A stretch of 64,000 nucleotides of DNA, from the NCBI GenBank assembly GCA_963846575.1, contig CAWJWJ010000001.1:448001-512000 (forward strand), read 5' to 3'. This document shows positions 52,999 to 61,845 of the stretch, one piece after another. Position numbers and translations under genes: made by a program. The first letter of the stretch is position 1. Each line of letters opens with the position of its first letter. Under the pieces are notes generated by a model, which saw only the letters and a program-made list of their open reading frames with translations, was not told the origin of the DNA and did no database searches. The DNA comes from an uncultured Nitrospiraceae bacterium. GTDB lineage: Bacteria > Nitrospirota > Nitrospiria > Nitrospirales > Nitrospiraceae.

Positions 52999-53409
52999 TT
53001 ATAACGTTCCCCAGTTTTTGAAGTAGCGCAGCAGATCACGCACCGAAATCATTCCGACTACTCGGCTCTCTTCCGTGACCACAAGGTGTCGAATGCCCCG
53101 TTCAGCCATGAGATCGCTCGCCTCATGCGCCGAGCAGGCGATATCAATCATCATAACCGGCGCACTCATCACTGCCCGGGCCGTGACCTGCTCCGCAATG
53201 GCCCCGCTGGCCATGGCCTTCCGAACGAGATCCGCCTCACTTACGATCCCCACATAGTCGCCCCGCTCAGAAACGAGCATGGCCCCCACACGGGCATCAC
53301 GCAGGTGCCGTGCCACCGTCAGGAGCGTGTCATCGGGGTGCACCGTCCGAGTTATCGGACGCATCATCATCGCCAAGGGTCGTTGGATAGGCCCGCCGGA
53401 CACCGCCAT
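52999..53409 (-). CDS. CBS-pair protein
   Basis: VGIVSEADL, GIRHLVV, VGMISVRDL; GGAGGAGG RBS before ATG 53409. Confidence 0.92.
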   Translation of the reverse strand: MAVSGGPIQRPLAMMMRPITRTVHPDDTLLTVARHLRDARVGAMLVSERGDYVGIVSEADLVRKAMASGAIAEQVTARAVMSAPVMMIDIACSAHEASDLMAERGIRHLVVTEESRVVGMISVRDLLRYFKNWGTL

Positions 53410-53500
53410 TCCTCCTCCTCTCGTGCGAAGAGGGCGAATTCTACTGAAGTATTCCGCAATCTGCAATTCACCCGGTCCTGAGTCGAAACATGCGATTTGA

Positions 53501-53529
53501 TTGCTCGCACATGTCGGCGTTGCTATACT
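53501..53529 (+). promoter_or_regulatory. sigma70 promoter of ugd
   Basis: TTGCTC-N17-TATACT with an extended TG. Confidence 0.6.
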
Positions 53530-53593
53530 GACGACGCTTCACACAGACTCACATGAACATTCCTCAGCTTTTTCGTCAGGAGGAGACGCATCC

Positions 53594-54913
53594 ATGCATA
53601 TCAGCGTGATTGGAACAGGCTATGTCGGCCTGGTGACTGGTGCCTGCTTCGCAGAATTCGGCGTGAACGTCACTTGTATGGATACTGATGCTCGACGCAT
53701 CGCCAGGCTGGAGAAAGGCGAAGTCCCCTTTTTCGAGCCCGGTATCACCGAACTCGTGGGAAAAGGCATCAAAGAGGACCGGCTCCATTTTACGACCGAC
53801 GTCGCCAAAGCCGTCGACAAAGCATTGGCCATTTTTATTGCCGTGGGAACCCCGCCCAAATCGGACGGTTCAGCCGACCTCTCCTACGTCGAGGAAGTGG
53901 GGCGCGGGATCGCGAAAAACATGACCGGCTACAAGGTCATTGTCACCAAGTCCACGGTTCCGGTTGGGACCGGGGAGAAATTGCGCGAAGTCATTAAGGC
54001 CAATCAAACAGGCCGCTTTCGCTTCGACATTGTGTCGAATCCTGAATTCCTCCGTGAGGGATCCGCGATTGAAGACTTTATGCGACCGAATCGTGTGGTG
54101 ATCGGTGCGGATAGTGAGCAGGCTGTCGCCATCATGAAAGATCTGTACCGCCCGCTCTATCTGCTGGAAACGCCGATCGTGGTGACCGACATTCCCACGG
54201 CTGAGATGATTAAATACGCCTCCAATGCGTTCCTCGCGGTTAAAATTTCCTTCATCAATGAAATCGCCACGGTGTGCGAAAAGGTCGGGGCAGACGTGCA
54301 AATGGTGTCGAAGGGGATGGGACTCGACAATCGTATCGGAAATAAGTTCCTACATGCCGGGCCGGGATTTGGAGGTTCTTGTTTTCCGAAGGACCTGGCT
54401 GCGCTCGTTCAGACCGGGGAACGCGTGGGATACCCGTTTCAGATTGCAGGGGCCGCCGCGAAGGTCAACTACGAACAACACTTGCGAATGGTCGCCAAGG
54501 TCAAGGACGCCTGTGGAGGAGTGAAGGGGAAAACGCTCGGCGTGTTGGGGCTCTCCTTCAAACCCAACACCAACGACATGCGGGAAGCACCCTCACTCAC
54601 GATTCTGGGCGAACTGATGAAGGACGGGGCGACGATTCGCGCCTACGATCCGGCCTCAATGGAAGAATCCATGAAACTGCTGCCCGGCATAGTCCCCTGT
54701 CAGGACAGCTACGACGTGGCGGAAGGCGCTGATGGCCTGATCATCATGACCGAGTGGAATCAATTCAGGAACTTAGATTTCGATCGCCTGAAAAAATCCA
54801 TGCGGCAGCCGCTGCTGCTCGATCTCCGCAACACCTACGATACCGATCGCGTCGTCGGATTTGGTTTCCGCCACGTCTCTGTCGGTCGTCCGACCCAGGA
54901 CCCGATCGCATGA
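53594..54913 (+). CDS. ugd: UDP-glucose/GDP-mannose 6-dehydrogenase
   Basis: IGTGYVGL, AVGTP, KSTVPVGT, SNPEFLREG, GFGGSCFPKD, FKPNTNDMRE. Confidence 0.96.
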   Translation: MHISVIGTGYVGLVTGACFAEFGVNVTCMDTDARRIARLEKGEVPFFEPGITELVGKGIKEDRLHFTTDVAKAVDKALAIFIAVGTPPKSDGSADLSYVEEVGRGIAKNMTGYKVIVTKSTVPVGTGEKLREVIKANQTGRFRFDIVSNPEFLREGSAIEDFMRPNRVVIGADSEQAVAIMKDLYRPLYLLETPIVVTDIPTAEMIKYASNAFLAVKISFINEIATVCEKVGADVQMVSKGMGLDNRIGNKFLHAGPGFGGSCFPKDLAALVQTGERVGYPFQIAGAAAKVNYEQHLRMVAKVKDACGGVKGKTLGVLGLSFKPNTNDMREAPSLTILGELMKDGATIRAYDPASMEESMKLLPGIVPCQDSYDVAEGADGLIIMTEWNQFRNLDFDRLKKSMRQPLLLDLRNTYDTDRVVGFGFRHVSVGRPTQDPIA

Positions 54914-54934
54914 TCGGCAGGGCGGGGCTGCGAA

Positions 54935-55645
54935 CTAACTGAGAAGCTTCGCCGCTTCGGCCTGAGTTCCTTCTTTAGGCTTGGGCTTATAGCCCATCCG
55001 ATCAAGTACCTTCATGATCTTGGTCTTCAGCCGGTCGTCGGCCTCCGCCAGCGCGATCGCCAGAGGTTCGACGGCCGGCTTTCCGATCTTCCGGATAATC
55101 TCCGTCGCCGACTGACGCACATCGTCTTCTTCTGAAGCCAGAAGAGGCACGAGGGACGGCACCGCCGATCCGCCAATCTTGATCAACGAATCGTAGGCGC
55201 GCTGCCGCACATCACCCACCTCGTCGGTCAGTGCGCCGACCAGGGGCACCACCGCCCGGGGATCTTTCAACTCTCCGAGCACTTCAGCCGCATATTTCCG
55301 GTTAAGCCAATGCGAGTCCTTGAGATCGATCAACATAGCATCGGCTTTTTGCGCATTGGGGTCCTTGGCACGGATCCGGAAGCTCTTCGCGACGCGTTTA
55401 CCCCCTTCTTCGACCACACGGATCGTCGCGCCATCGCCCGGTTTGAGCTTAAGAAAGTCTTCGAGGGCCTCTTCACCGACATCCAACACCACAGTCTTAC
55501 CGTCGTACGCAAGGAGTTCCACTTCCAACTGCCTGGCTTCAGGGTTGACGGCCACGACACGCTCCGTCACCAAATTAAAGCCATCCTTTTTGGCCCCACC
55601 CTTGGGTCCGATTTGAATCAGTTTCGCCGGTGCTTCATCTGCCAT
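54935..55645 (-). CDS. HEAT-repeat protein 5 with an N-terminal beta-barrel (OB-like) domain
   Basis: About 90-aa beta-rich N-domain followed by NRKYAAEVLGELKDPRAVVPL-type repeats. Confidence 0.88.
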   Translation of the reverse strand: MADEAPAKLIQIGPKGGAKKDGFNLVTERVVAVNPEARQLEVELLAYDGKTVVLDVGEEALEDFLKLKPGDGATIRVVEEGGKRVAKSFRIRAKDPNAQKADAMLIDLKDSHWLNRKYAAEVLGELKDPRAVVPLVGALTDEVGDVRQRAYDSLIKIGGSAVPSLVPLLASEEDDVRQSATEIIRKIGKPAVEPLAIALAEADDRLKTKIMKVLDRMGYKPKPKEGTQAEAAKLLS

Positions 55646-55665
55646 AGTAGAGTTCCTTTTCCCGG

Positions 55666-56427
55666 TTATGACGAGGTCGCCTGTTTCCACCCTAAACTCG
55701 CAAGGACACCTTCGACTGTTTCCTGCACCATGGTATTTTCATCTTCCAAAAGAGGGAGCAGCGGCTCAATGGCCTGCTTCGCGCCGAGGCGCGCCAGCGA
55801 TTCGGCCGCATTCCGCCGCACGAGCCAATCTTCATCTTGGAGCGATTGGATCAAGGCATCGGCGCTCCGGAGATCACCGATCTTTCCAAGCGCCTCAGCC
55901 GCATGGCGCCGTACCATCCAATTGGGGCCCAACAACCCGTCGATCAGCGCATCGACCGCCCGGGTATCGCCGATCTTCTTCAAAACCCGCGCCACATCTT
56001 CCCGCACCGTGCCGTCTGTCAGCGCCTCGATTAACCCCGGCGTCGCGCTGGAATCTCCGATTCGTTCCAGAGCCCACACCGCCGCCGTCCTGACAGCCCC
56101 ATCCTTGTCTTTCAGTGCCCCCATGAGCGGCTCGACCGCCCGGACGTCTCGGAAGCGCCCCAAAACATTCGCCGCCTGCTCACGGATCGCCCATTCATCG
56201 TCCCGCAGCGCATCCAGAATCTGATCGTATGCGACCGGCCCGATCCGCAATACGGCGGTGGCCGCGGCCTCTCGAATCACAACATCCTCATCCGCCATCA
56301 ACCCGATCAACTGGGGCACGGCTTCGTCGCCCATCTGTCCGAGACTCGCCATGGCATGCTCTCGCAATGCATCATTGTCGTCCCGAAGCGCAGCTATCAA
56401 TTGTGCTATACGGTCGGCATCACTCAT
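55666..56427 (-). CDS. HEAT-repeat (PBS lyase-like) protein 4
   Basis: Tandem ~31-aa units such as LRDDEWAIREQAANVLGRFRDVRAVEPL. Confidence 0.92.
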   Translation of the reverse strand: MSDADRIAQLIAALRDDNDALREHAMASLGQMGDEAVPQLIGLMADEDVVIREAAATAVLRIGPVAYDQILDALRDDEWAIREQAANVLGRFRDVRAVEPLMGALKDKDGAVRTAAVWALERIGDSSATPGLIEALTDGTVREDVARVLKKIGDTRAVDALIDGLLGPNWMVRRHAAEALGKIGDLRSADALIQSLQDEDWLVRRNAAESLARLGAKQAIEPLLPLLEDENTMVQETVEGVLASLGWKQATSS

Positions 56428-57520
56428 GATCGTCCGATTCCTCCTGTCCGACCGGTTGTGCATCCTCAAGCGCAGCGAGTTTGTCCGCTATGAGTCCGGC
56501 GCTATAAGACACGATCCCGTCTCGGTCACCCCGTAATCGGTTAAAAAGCTCATTATGCGGACGCAACACTTCCACGTCCTTGATTTTGGCCAATGCTTCG
56601 ATCGCCATGACCCGTAACGGCCGGATCGGAATAGCCTCGATATATAATTGCGCCGGGCGCGGGTCGCCGATCAGCCCCAGCGACTTTACCGCGTATTCTT
56701 TTACACCGGTATCTTTGTCCACCTGGAGCCGTTTCATCAACGGCTCGACTGCGCGCACATCTCCGATCTTCCCTAGTAGATCCGCCGCCGCTTCGCGGAC
56801 CACCCAGTCGTCATCCTCAAGATATTCAATCAAGATTTCGACGCTCGGACGACCGACTCCGAGCAGATCCATGACCGTGGACATACGAGCCTCTTCCCGT
56901 TCACTCGCGCCCTCGACATCCCGCAAGGCGTTGAAGCTCGTATCGATGCGCTCACGAATTGCGCCCAGTTTTTTGAGCGTTCTCACTGCGATGTCGCGGA
57001 CCGCCGGCGATGCCATGGCATCGATCAATCCATCGAGTGACCGCGGATCAAGCAGATGCTCGAGAATCGTCGCGGCTGTTGTCTGTGCCTCTACCTCCGG
57101 ATGGGTCAACATCTCACAGAGGGGCGTGATCGCGTTCGGGATTAAACCAAGAAGCTGCCGCACTCGGTTTCGCACGTCCTCATCGGGCGACTCATGAAGA
57201 TTCCGCACCAGACCCGCCGCCGTCTCATCATCCAAATTTCCGGCCATCTGCTCGATCGCGGCAAATGCCGCCTGCCGTACCGTCTCATCAGGATCACGGA
57301 GCAAGCTGACCAGGGCAACACCCGCCGCGGGATCTTTGATCCGCGACAACATGGCAGCGGCTTCTGCGCGGAGGGGCGCATCACCCGTCTCCAAGGCGTG
57401 CGTAAGCGCACGTACCGCTCGGGGGCCACCGGCCAGGCAAGCAGCCGTCGCCCGCATGCGACGCCACTCCTCCTCGTGCGTCAACTCAGAAACCAATGTA
57501 TCGATAGACTCTTTGGGCAT
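56420..57520 (-). CDS. HEAT-repeat protein 3
   Basis: LEDDDWVVREAAADLLGKIGDVRAVEPL and more divergent units. Confidence 0.9.
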   Translation of the reverse strand: MPKESIDTLVSELTHEEEWRRMRATAACLAGGPRAVRALTHALETGDAPLRAEAAAMLSRIKDPAAGVALVSLLRDPDETVRQAAFAAIEQMAGNLDDETAAGLVRNLHESPDEDVRNRVRQLLGLIPNAITPLCEMLTHPEVEAQTTAATILEHLLDPRSLDGLIDAMASPAVRDIAVRTLKKLGAIRERIDTSFNALRDVEGASEREEARMSTVMDLLGVGRPSVEILIEYLEDDDWVVREAAADLLGKIGDVRAVEPLMKRLQVDKDTGVKEYAVKSLGLIGDPRPAQLYIEAIPIRPLRVMAIEALAKIKDVEVLRPHNELFNRLRGDRDGIVSYSAGLIADKLAALEDAQPVGQEESDDHE

Positions 57521-57623
57521 GTTCGGAACGACCCATCAGGGCATTACAATGACAGCTTGATTACAATCATTCCCGTTGAGAACGGACTTCCGGTTCACAA
57601 CGAACCTACAGGCACACCCAGCA

Positions 57624-58706
57624 CTACACGCGGCCCGGACGCCACCCCACCGCCGTCAGAGTCTCCCGGACATAATAGCGAACATTTTCATCCTGTTCCC
57701 TCGTGAGCATCGGGAGCAGGGACGGAATAATAGCCGGTCCAAACTTCGCCAAGGAGGCAGAGGCTTCCGAGCGAGTGACGGTGTTTCGCAAAGCCACGAT
57801 CAACGATGGGATTGAAACCGGGTCGGCAATCATCCCTAATGCCCGAGCCGCCATCCCCATCGTCGCCATCTCGTCGGTCCATCCATCGGCACAGGCCGCA
57901 GCCGATCGGCTCGAATCACCGAGGGGCGCACCTTCCACAACGCGTCGAAGCAGGGGCACGGCACGCCGGTCACCGATGTGACCCAGCGCCTCCACCGCGA
58001 TGAGACGCAAGGTCGGCTCCTTCATCACGAGGACCAGATAATCCACCGCCCGGGCATCTCCGATTGCACCGAGTGCCCGCACTACATCCTCCCGGATGGC
58101 TGAGTCCCGATCGTTGAACAAGACCCGAAGCAATGGCTCAACGGCATCAGACGACTTGAGCTTACCCAGCGCCTCTACCGCATGGAGTCGAACCAGCCAC
58201 TCATCATGGTCCAGCCCCTGGATCAAGGCGAGTATGGCCACTCCGCCGATAGCGGCCAGCGCGCCGGAGGCTTCCTCGCGAACAGCCTTGACCTTGTCCT
58301 GGAGCAGTGGCATCAGGGAAGGGACGGCCCCTGCCTCGCCGATCCGCCCTAAGGCCTTCGCAGCATGCATGCGCACGATCCAGTCCCGGCTACCCAGAGC
58401 ATCGACCAGCGGCGCAAATACCCGGGCATCGGCAATCGAGGCGAGAATGGACGAGGCCGCCTCCTGCACATGCAACACAGGATCGGCCAGGCAGGTGGCC
58501 AGAGCCGGGATCGAAGGTCCGCCGATCGAGGACAGAGCGCCGATGGCTGCCTCGCGAACGGCTCGATCCGTATCGTGGAGCGCTCTCGTTAGGGGGACGA
58601 CGGCTCGGGGGTCCTTGAACGACCCCAACATGGTCGCAGCCTCCTCCCGGATCGCCCAATCCTCATCTGCAAGAGCCGCGATCTGTTCACTGACGCTGTC
58701 GGCCAT
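57624..58706 (-). CDS. HEAT-repeat protein 2
   Basis: LADEDWAIREEAATMLG..., DWIVRMHAAKALGRIG... Confidence 0.92.
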   Translation of the reverse strand: MADSVSEQIAALADEDWAIREEAATMLGSFKDPRAVVPLTRALHDTDRAVREAAIGALSSIGGPSIPALATCLADPVLHVQEAASSILASIADARVFAPLVDALGSRDWIVRMHAAKALGRIGEAGAVPSLMPLLQDKVKAVREEASGALAAIGGVAILALIQGLDHDEWLVRLHAVEALGKLKSSDAVEPLLRVLFNDRDSAIREDVVRALGAIGDARAVDYLVLVMKEPTLRLIAVEALGHIGDRRAVPLLRRVVEGAPLGDSSRSAAACADGWTDEMATMGMAARALGMIADPVSIPSLIVALRNTVTRSEASASLAKFGPAIIPSLLPMLTREQDENVRYYVRETLTAVGWRPGRV

Positions 58707-58734
58707 CGTTCCTCGGCCTCTCGTAAAGCTCTCG

Positions 58735-58764
58735 ACCTTAACACAGGCTTTTTTGAAGGGTCAA
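58735..58764 (-). promoter_or_regulatory. Internal promoter upstream of HEAT protein 2
   Basis: TTGACC-N18-TAAGGT, spacer ending in TGT (extended -10). Confidence 0.55.
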
Positions 58765-58889
58765 CGCGACCTCAGCCGCGCGGCCCGATCTCAGAACGTT
58801 CCCACAGAGCTGGTCTACCCGGGAGGGACTCGACGTCAGAGGCGCGAGGGACTCACCCTAGGAAGTGAGACCCGGAAGAGAAGCGGATA

Positions 58890-60260
58890 CTACCGCACCG
58901 ACCCCTTTGCGAAATCCCCGCTCGGACCGAAGCGGCCGATATCCCCGAGCGGCCGATCGACACGAAGGTTGTCGGCCTGGCTGGAGTCCACCGACGTCTC
59001 CTCGTCCGGAGGCGTCCAGCCGAGATGCTCTAAGGTCTCAACGACCAGCAATCGAAGGGAGTCTTTGGCGGTAAGCCGGACGGAAGCATAGGAAAGGACG
59101 CGCTCCCCTTCGGCCTCGACCTCCGACGCTTTGGGATCGTAGAGAAAGGAAATCAGCGGTTCGATTGCACTGTCGCCGATCAACACCAGCGCCGCGGCGG
59201 CTTTCTCCCGCAACACCCCGTCCTTCAGAAGCATGATGAGATCCGGAATGACCCGCGGATCACGGAAATGTCCGAGCGCGGTGGCTGCCGCTTCTTTAAT
59301 GAACGCATCTTCGCTGACGATACAGCCAGGCGTGGGAGTTCCCTCCTGGCGAACGCCTTTCCCTTTGAGGGCGGCCAACACAGCGGGAAGGGCTCGTGAA
59401 TCACCGATCATGCCCAACGATGCAATGGCATGGCGCTTGACCGCACCGTCCTGCATGGCCTCCAGCAGACCATCGATGGCGCGGGGATCACCGATCATAC
59501 CCAGCGCAATCGTGGCATCTTCGCGCACGGCACGATCCGGATCCTTCAGCATATTGATTAAGGCATCGACTACCCGCGGTTCACGCACCCAGCTTCGACC
59601 GATCTGATAGTCCGTCGTCATCCCCCCTAAAGCCCGGGCCGCATGACAACGCACGACGAAGTCCTTGTCTTTCAGCGTATCGAGCAGCAGATCGACAGAT
59701 GGCTGACCGATCGCCACCAGGGCGATACCAGCCGTCTCCCGCACGATCTTGGAGGAATCACGGAACAGCTTGATCAACGCGGGGATCGCCTTTGGATCGC
59801 CTATTTTCCCCAACGCTTCCGCAGCGGCACTCTTGACCGCTCCGTCCCGATCGCGGCAGGCAAATATCAATGCATCCACGGCGCGGGGATTGCGCAGATC
59901 ACCAAAGGCTTTTGCGGCATGTTCCCGCACGCGCCACCGCTCGTCCTTCAACGCTATCAACAGCCGCTCGATCTGGTTCTCCCCCAACGAAACGACAGCC
60001 GCGACAGCTTCGTTCCGGACTTCCATGATGGGGTCGTTGAACAGCGCGATGAGAGTCTCCACCGCCTTGGCACCCCCGATCTTGGCCACTCCCCAGCCGG
60101 CCCGTGTCCGAACAGACCAATAGTCATCACTGCAGGCACCGATGAGCGCCTCCAATGTGGTCGGGTCCGCTAGCTCCGCGAGGGCTTTTGCGGCCTCTTC
60201 GCGAGTTGCGTCATCCGCATCCTCAAGCGAATCAAGAAGATCATCGAGTGCCTGTGCCAT
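58890..60260 (-). CDS. HEAT-repeat protein 1
   Basis: About a dozen HEAT units with two inserted loops; GAGGTGA RBS. Confidence 0.92.
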   Translation of the reverse strand: MAQALDDLLDSLEDADDATREEAAKALAELADPTTLEALIGACSDDYWSVRTRAGWGVAKIGGAKAVETLIALFNDPIMEVRNEAVAAVVSLGENQIERLLIALKDERWRVREHAAKAFGDLRNPRAVDALIFACRDRDGAVKSAAAEALGKIGDPKAIPALIKLFRDSSKIVRETAGIALVAIGQPSVDLLLDTLKDKDFVVRCHAARALGGMTTDYQIGRSWVREPRVVDALINMLKDPDRAVREDATIALGMIGDPRAIDGLLEAMQDGAVKRHAIASLGMIGDSRALPAVLAALKGKGVRQEGTPTPGCIVSEDAFIKEAAATALGHFRDPRVIPDLIMLLKDGVLREKAAAALVLIGDSAIEPLISFLYDPKASEVEAEGERVLSYASVRLTAKDSLRLLVVETLEHLGWTPPDEETSVDSSQADNLRVDRPLGDIGRFGPSGDFAKGSVR

Positions 60261-60732
60261 CACTCACCTCGCTATTGCCGTAGTAGGCATCACGTTGCCC
60301 TCCATGAGGGTAGGTGCGCTTACACCGTACCACCAAGGTCTGAGTTCCGCGGCCCTCAACACATTGATCGAGTGACTTGGAAAATTCCAATCGTCCGTCC
60401 AAACTCACCGTAAAGGGAAAGTCGAATGTAAAACTAATGAACTTGTATTTACCCGGTTTGAGTTTCAACTCTCGCGTCTCGGTGGTCCTGTAGGCGTCTG
60501 AGGTCTCAGGGTCCAGGACCCACAGCGGTGGAGTGACCCCGGGTACTTGCCACCATGATTGTGGTACTAGCGGCGTGGGATCGATCGTAATTGAATGCTC
60601 TTTGCTGTAGGCCGGAGGGGGACCGGCGGCCAGAAGTTTTGCAGGCTGGTATGGCACCAATGCACAACCTAGCGCCAGACTCCCCAGAAGTAGCCCCTGC
60701 TTGATCGGATTTCTTTTCAAGAATGAGTACAT
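60241..60732 (-). CDS. Exported hypothetical beta-rich protein
   Basis: N-terminal hydrophobic signal; ELKLKPGKYKF beta-sandwich-like motif; two Cys in the mature part; overlaps the start of HEAT protein 1. Confidence 0.78.
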   Translation of the reverse strand: MYSFLKRNPIKQGLLLGSLALGCALVPYQPAKLLAAGPPPAYSKEHSITIDPTPLVPQSWWQVPGVTPPLWVLDPETSDAYRTTETRELKLKPGKYKFISFTFDFPFTVSLDGRLEFSKSLDQCVEGRGTQTLVVRCKRTYPHGGQRDAYYGNSEVSDGTGTR

Positions 60733-60739
60733 CGGTCCT

Positions 60740-61801
60740 CTATTGTAACAATGGAGTTACGGGCGCAGCCGAGAAGGCTGTCTTAAATATTTCTTCGACC
60801 GGATGGCTCTCCCATTCGGTATAGGTCGTGAGGCCGAGCGCTCGCATGACCGTTGCGCCCGTGTCGATGATTGAGACAGGCTGACGAATTGTATACCCGG
60901 CCTTGATGCCGACCCCCGAGGCGATCCAGGGTACCATGGGAACATTGTTCGCTTGATCACCGGAGACCTCGCCCGCTGAAAATTGCTTCTCACCGACCGC
61001 ACTGAGAGACGTGGCAAATACGGTGGTCTGCTTGAGCAGGTCAAGATCACGGTAGAGATCAAGCACGGTTCCCATCGCCTTATCCACCGCCTTCAACGCA
61101 TCCTTATATGCGGTTGAATTCCATCCCTGAGCTTCGCCCACGCGACCGGGTGCAGGAAGATGGACTACCAGGAAATGAGGCAGTGCAGGAATCGCATGGC
61201 CATAGCCGGATCCACTGGTGGCCTTCTTGAAGTAATCCCGTACATAGCTGACCAGCCGGTCCGGGCTGCATTCGGTCCGAAGGGGGCCGCACATCTGATA
61301 ATCCGTGTAGGGTTCGGGCTTGGCAAGCTGATAGAGCGATTCGTCCATATAGAAGATCGCGCTATCGCGACCCCCGCTCAGGTCCAGATAGTCAAAGACG
61401 GTCGGGGCGCGGGGATACCCCCGGCTGAACTCAAACACGTTCCATGTAATACCGTGTTTCGCAACGGGCATCCCTGTCACGAGCGACGCCATGGTCGGCA
61501 ACCGACGCGCTGGAGCGACAGCCGTAGCGGACCAGGTCACAGCCCCATCCTTCACGAGCTTTGACAAGACCGGCATGGCCCCGCTTTTCAGCGACTCCTG
61601 GTTCAGCCCTTCCAAAACGAAGAGGATGACCTGTTCGCTCCTCACTCCCCCGGTCGACGGAGGATCAGCCGAGGTATCGCGTGCCGCATGGGCAAGAGTC
61701 GGAAACGGGAACTGGAGTGGCGTCGCAACCAGCGAAAGAACCAGGGCGGCGCCCATGCAAAATACCACCAGGAATGCGGGGATGCTCTTGATACGATTCA
61801 T
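60740..61801 (-). CDS. Exported alkaline-phosphatase-superfamily (NPP-like) protein lacking catalytic residues
   Basis: VILFVLEGL, MPVLSKLVKDG, MASLVTG..VAKHGI.WN, VPWIASGVGIK, SIIDTGAT. Confidence 0.85.
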   Translation of the reverse strand: MNRIKSIPAFLVVFCMGAALVLSLVATPLQFPFPTLAHAARDTSADPPSTGGVRSEQVILFVLEGLNQESLKSGAMPVLSKLVKDGAVTWSATAVAPARRLPTMASLVTGMPVAKHGITWNVFEFSRGYPRAPTVFDYLDLSGGRDSAIFYMDESLYQLAKPEPYTDYQMCGPLRTECSPDRLVSYVRDYFKKATSGSGYGHAIPALPHFLVVHLPAPGRVGEAQGWNSTAYKDALKAVDKAMGTVLDLYRDLDLLKQTTVFATSLSAVGEKQFSAGEVSGDQANNVPMVPWIASGVGIKAGYTIRQPVSIIDTGATVMRALGLTTYTEWESHPVEEIFKTAFSAAPVTPLLQ

Positions 61802-61845
61802 GACCTACCTCACCAAAAAACCTTCACTAGTAAAAAAGAGAAATT

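Noticed and set aside
58823..58854. Direct repeat GAGGGACTC x2 in the HEAT1-HEAT2 spacer
   Set aside because: Short, GC-rich and not seen elsewhere; too weak to call a regulatory site.
55310..59091. Long plus-strand ORFs (304 aa at 55310, 331 aa at 58096) and similar antisense ORFs over lysC, alaC, pnp, nusA and infB
   Set aside because: Typical stop-poor antisense frames of GC-rich genes, with no recognisable motifs or RBS.
54935..60260. HEAT proteins as deoxyhypusine hydroxylase (DOHH)-like di-iron enzymes, given the nearby spermidine-synthase-like gene
   Set aside because: DOHH needs repeated VRHE motifs. These proteins have VRxHAA without adjacent His-Glu pairs, and no deoxyhypusine synthase is in the window.
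54935..60260. Repetitive DNA suggesting a CRISPR array or tandem-repeat locus
   Set aside because: The similarity is degenerate, in frame and protein-level (~31-aa HEAT units); there are no identical repeats with unique spacers and no cas genes.
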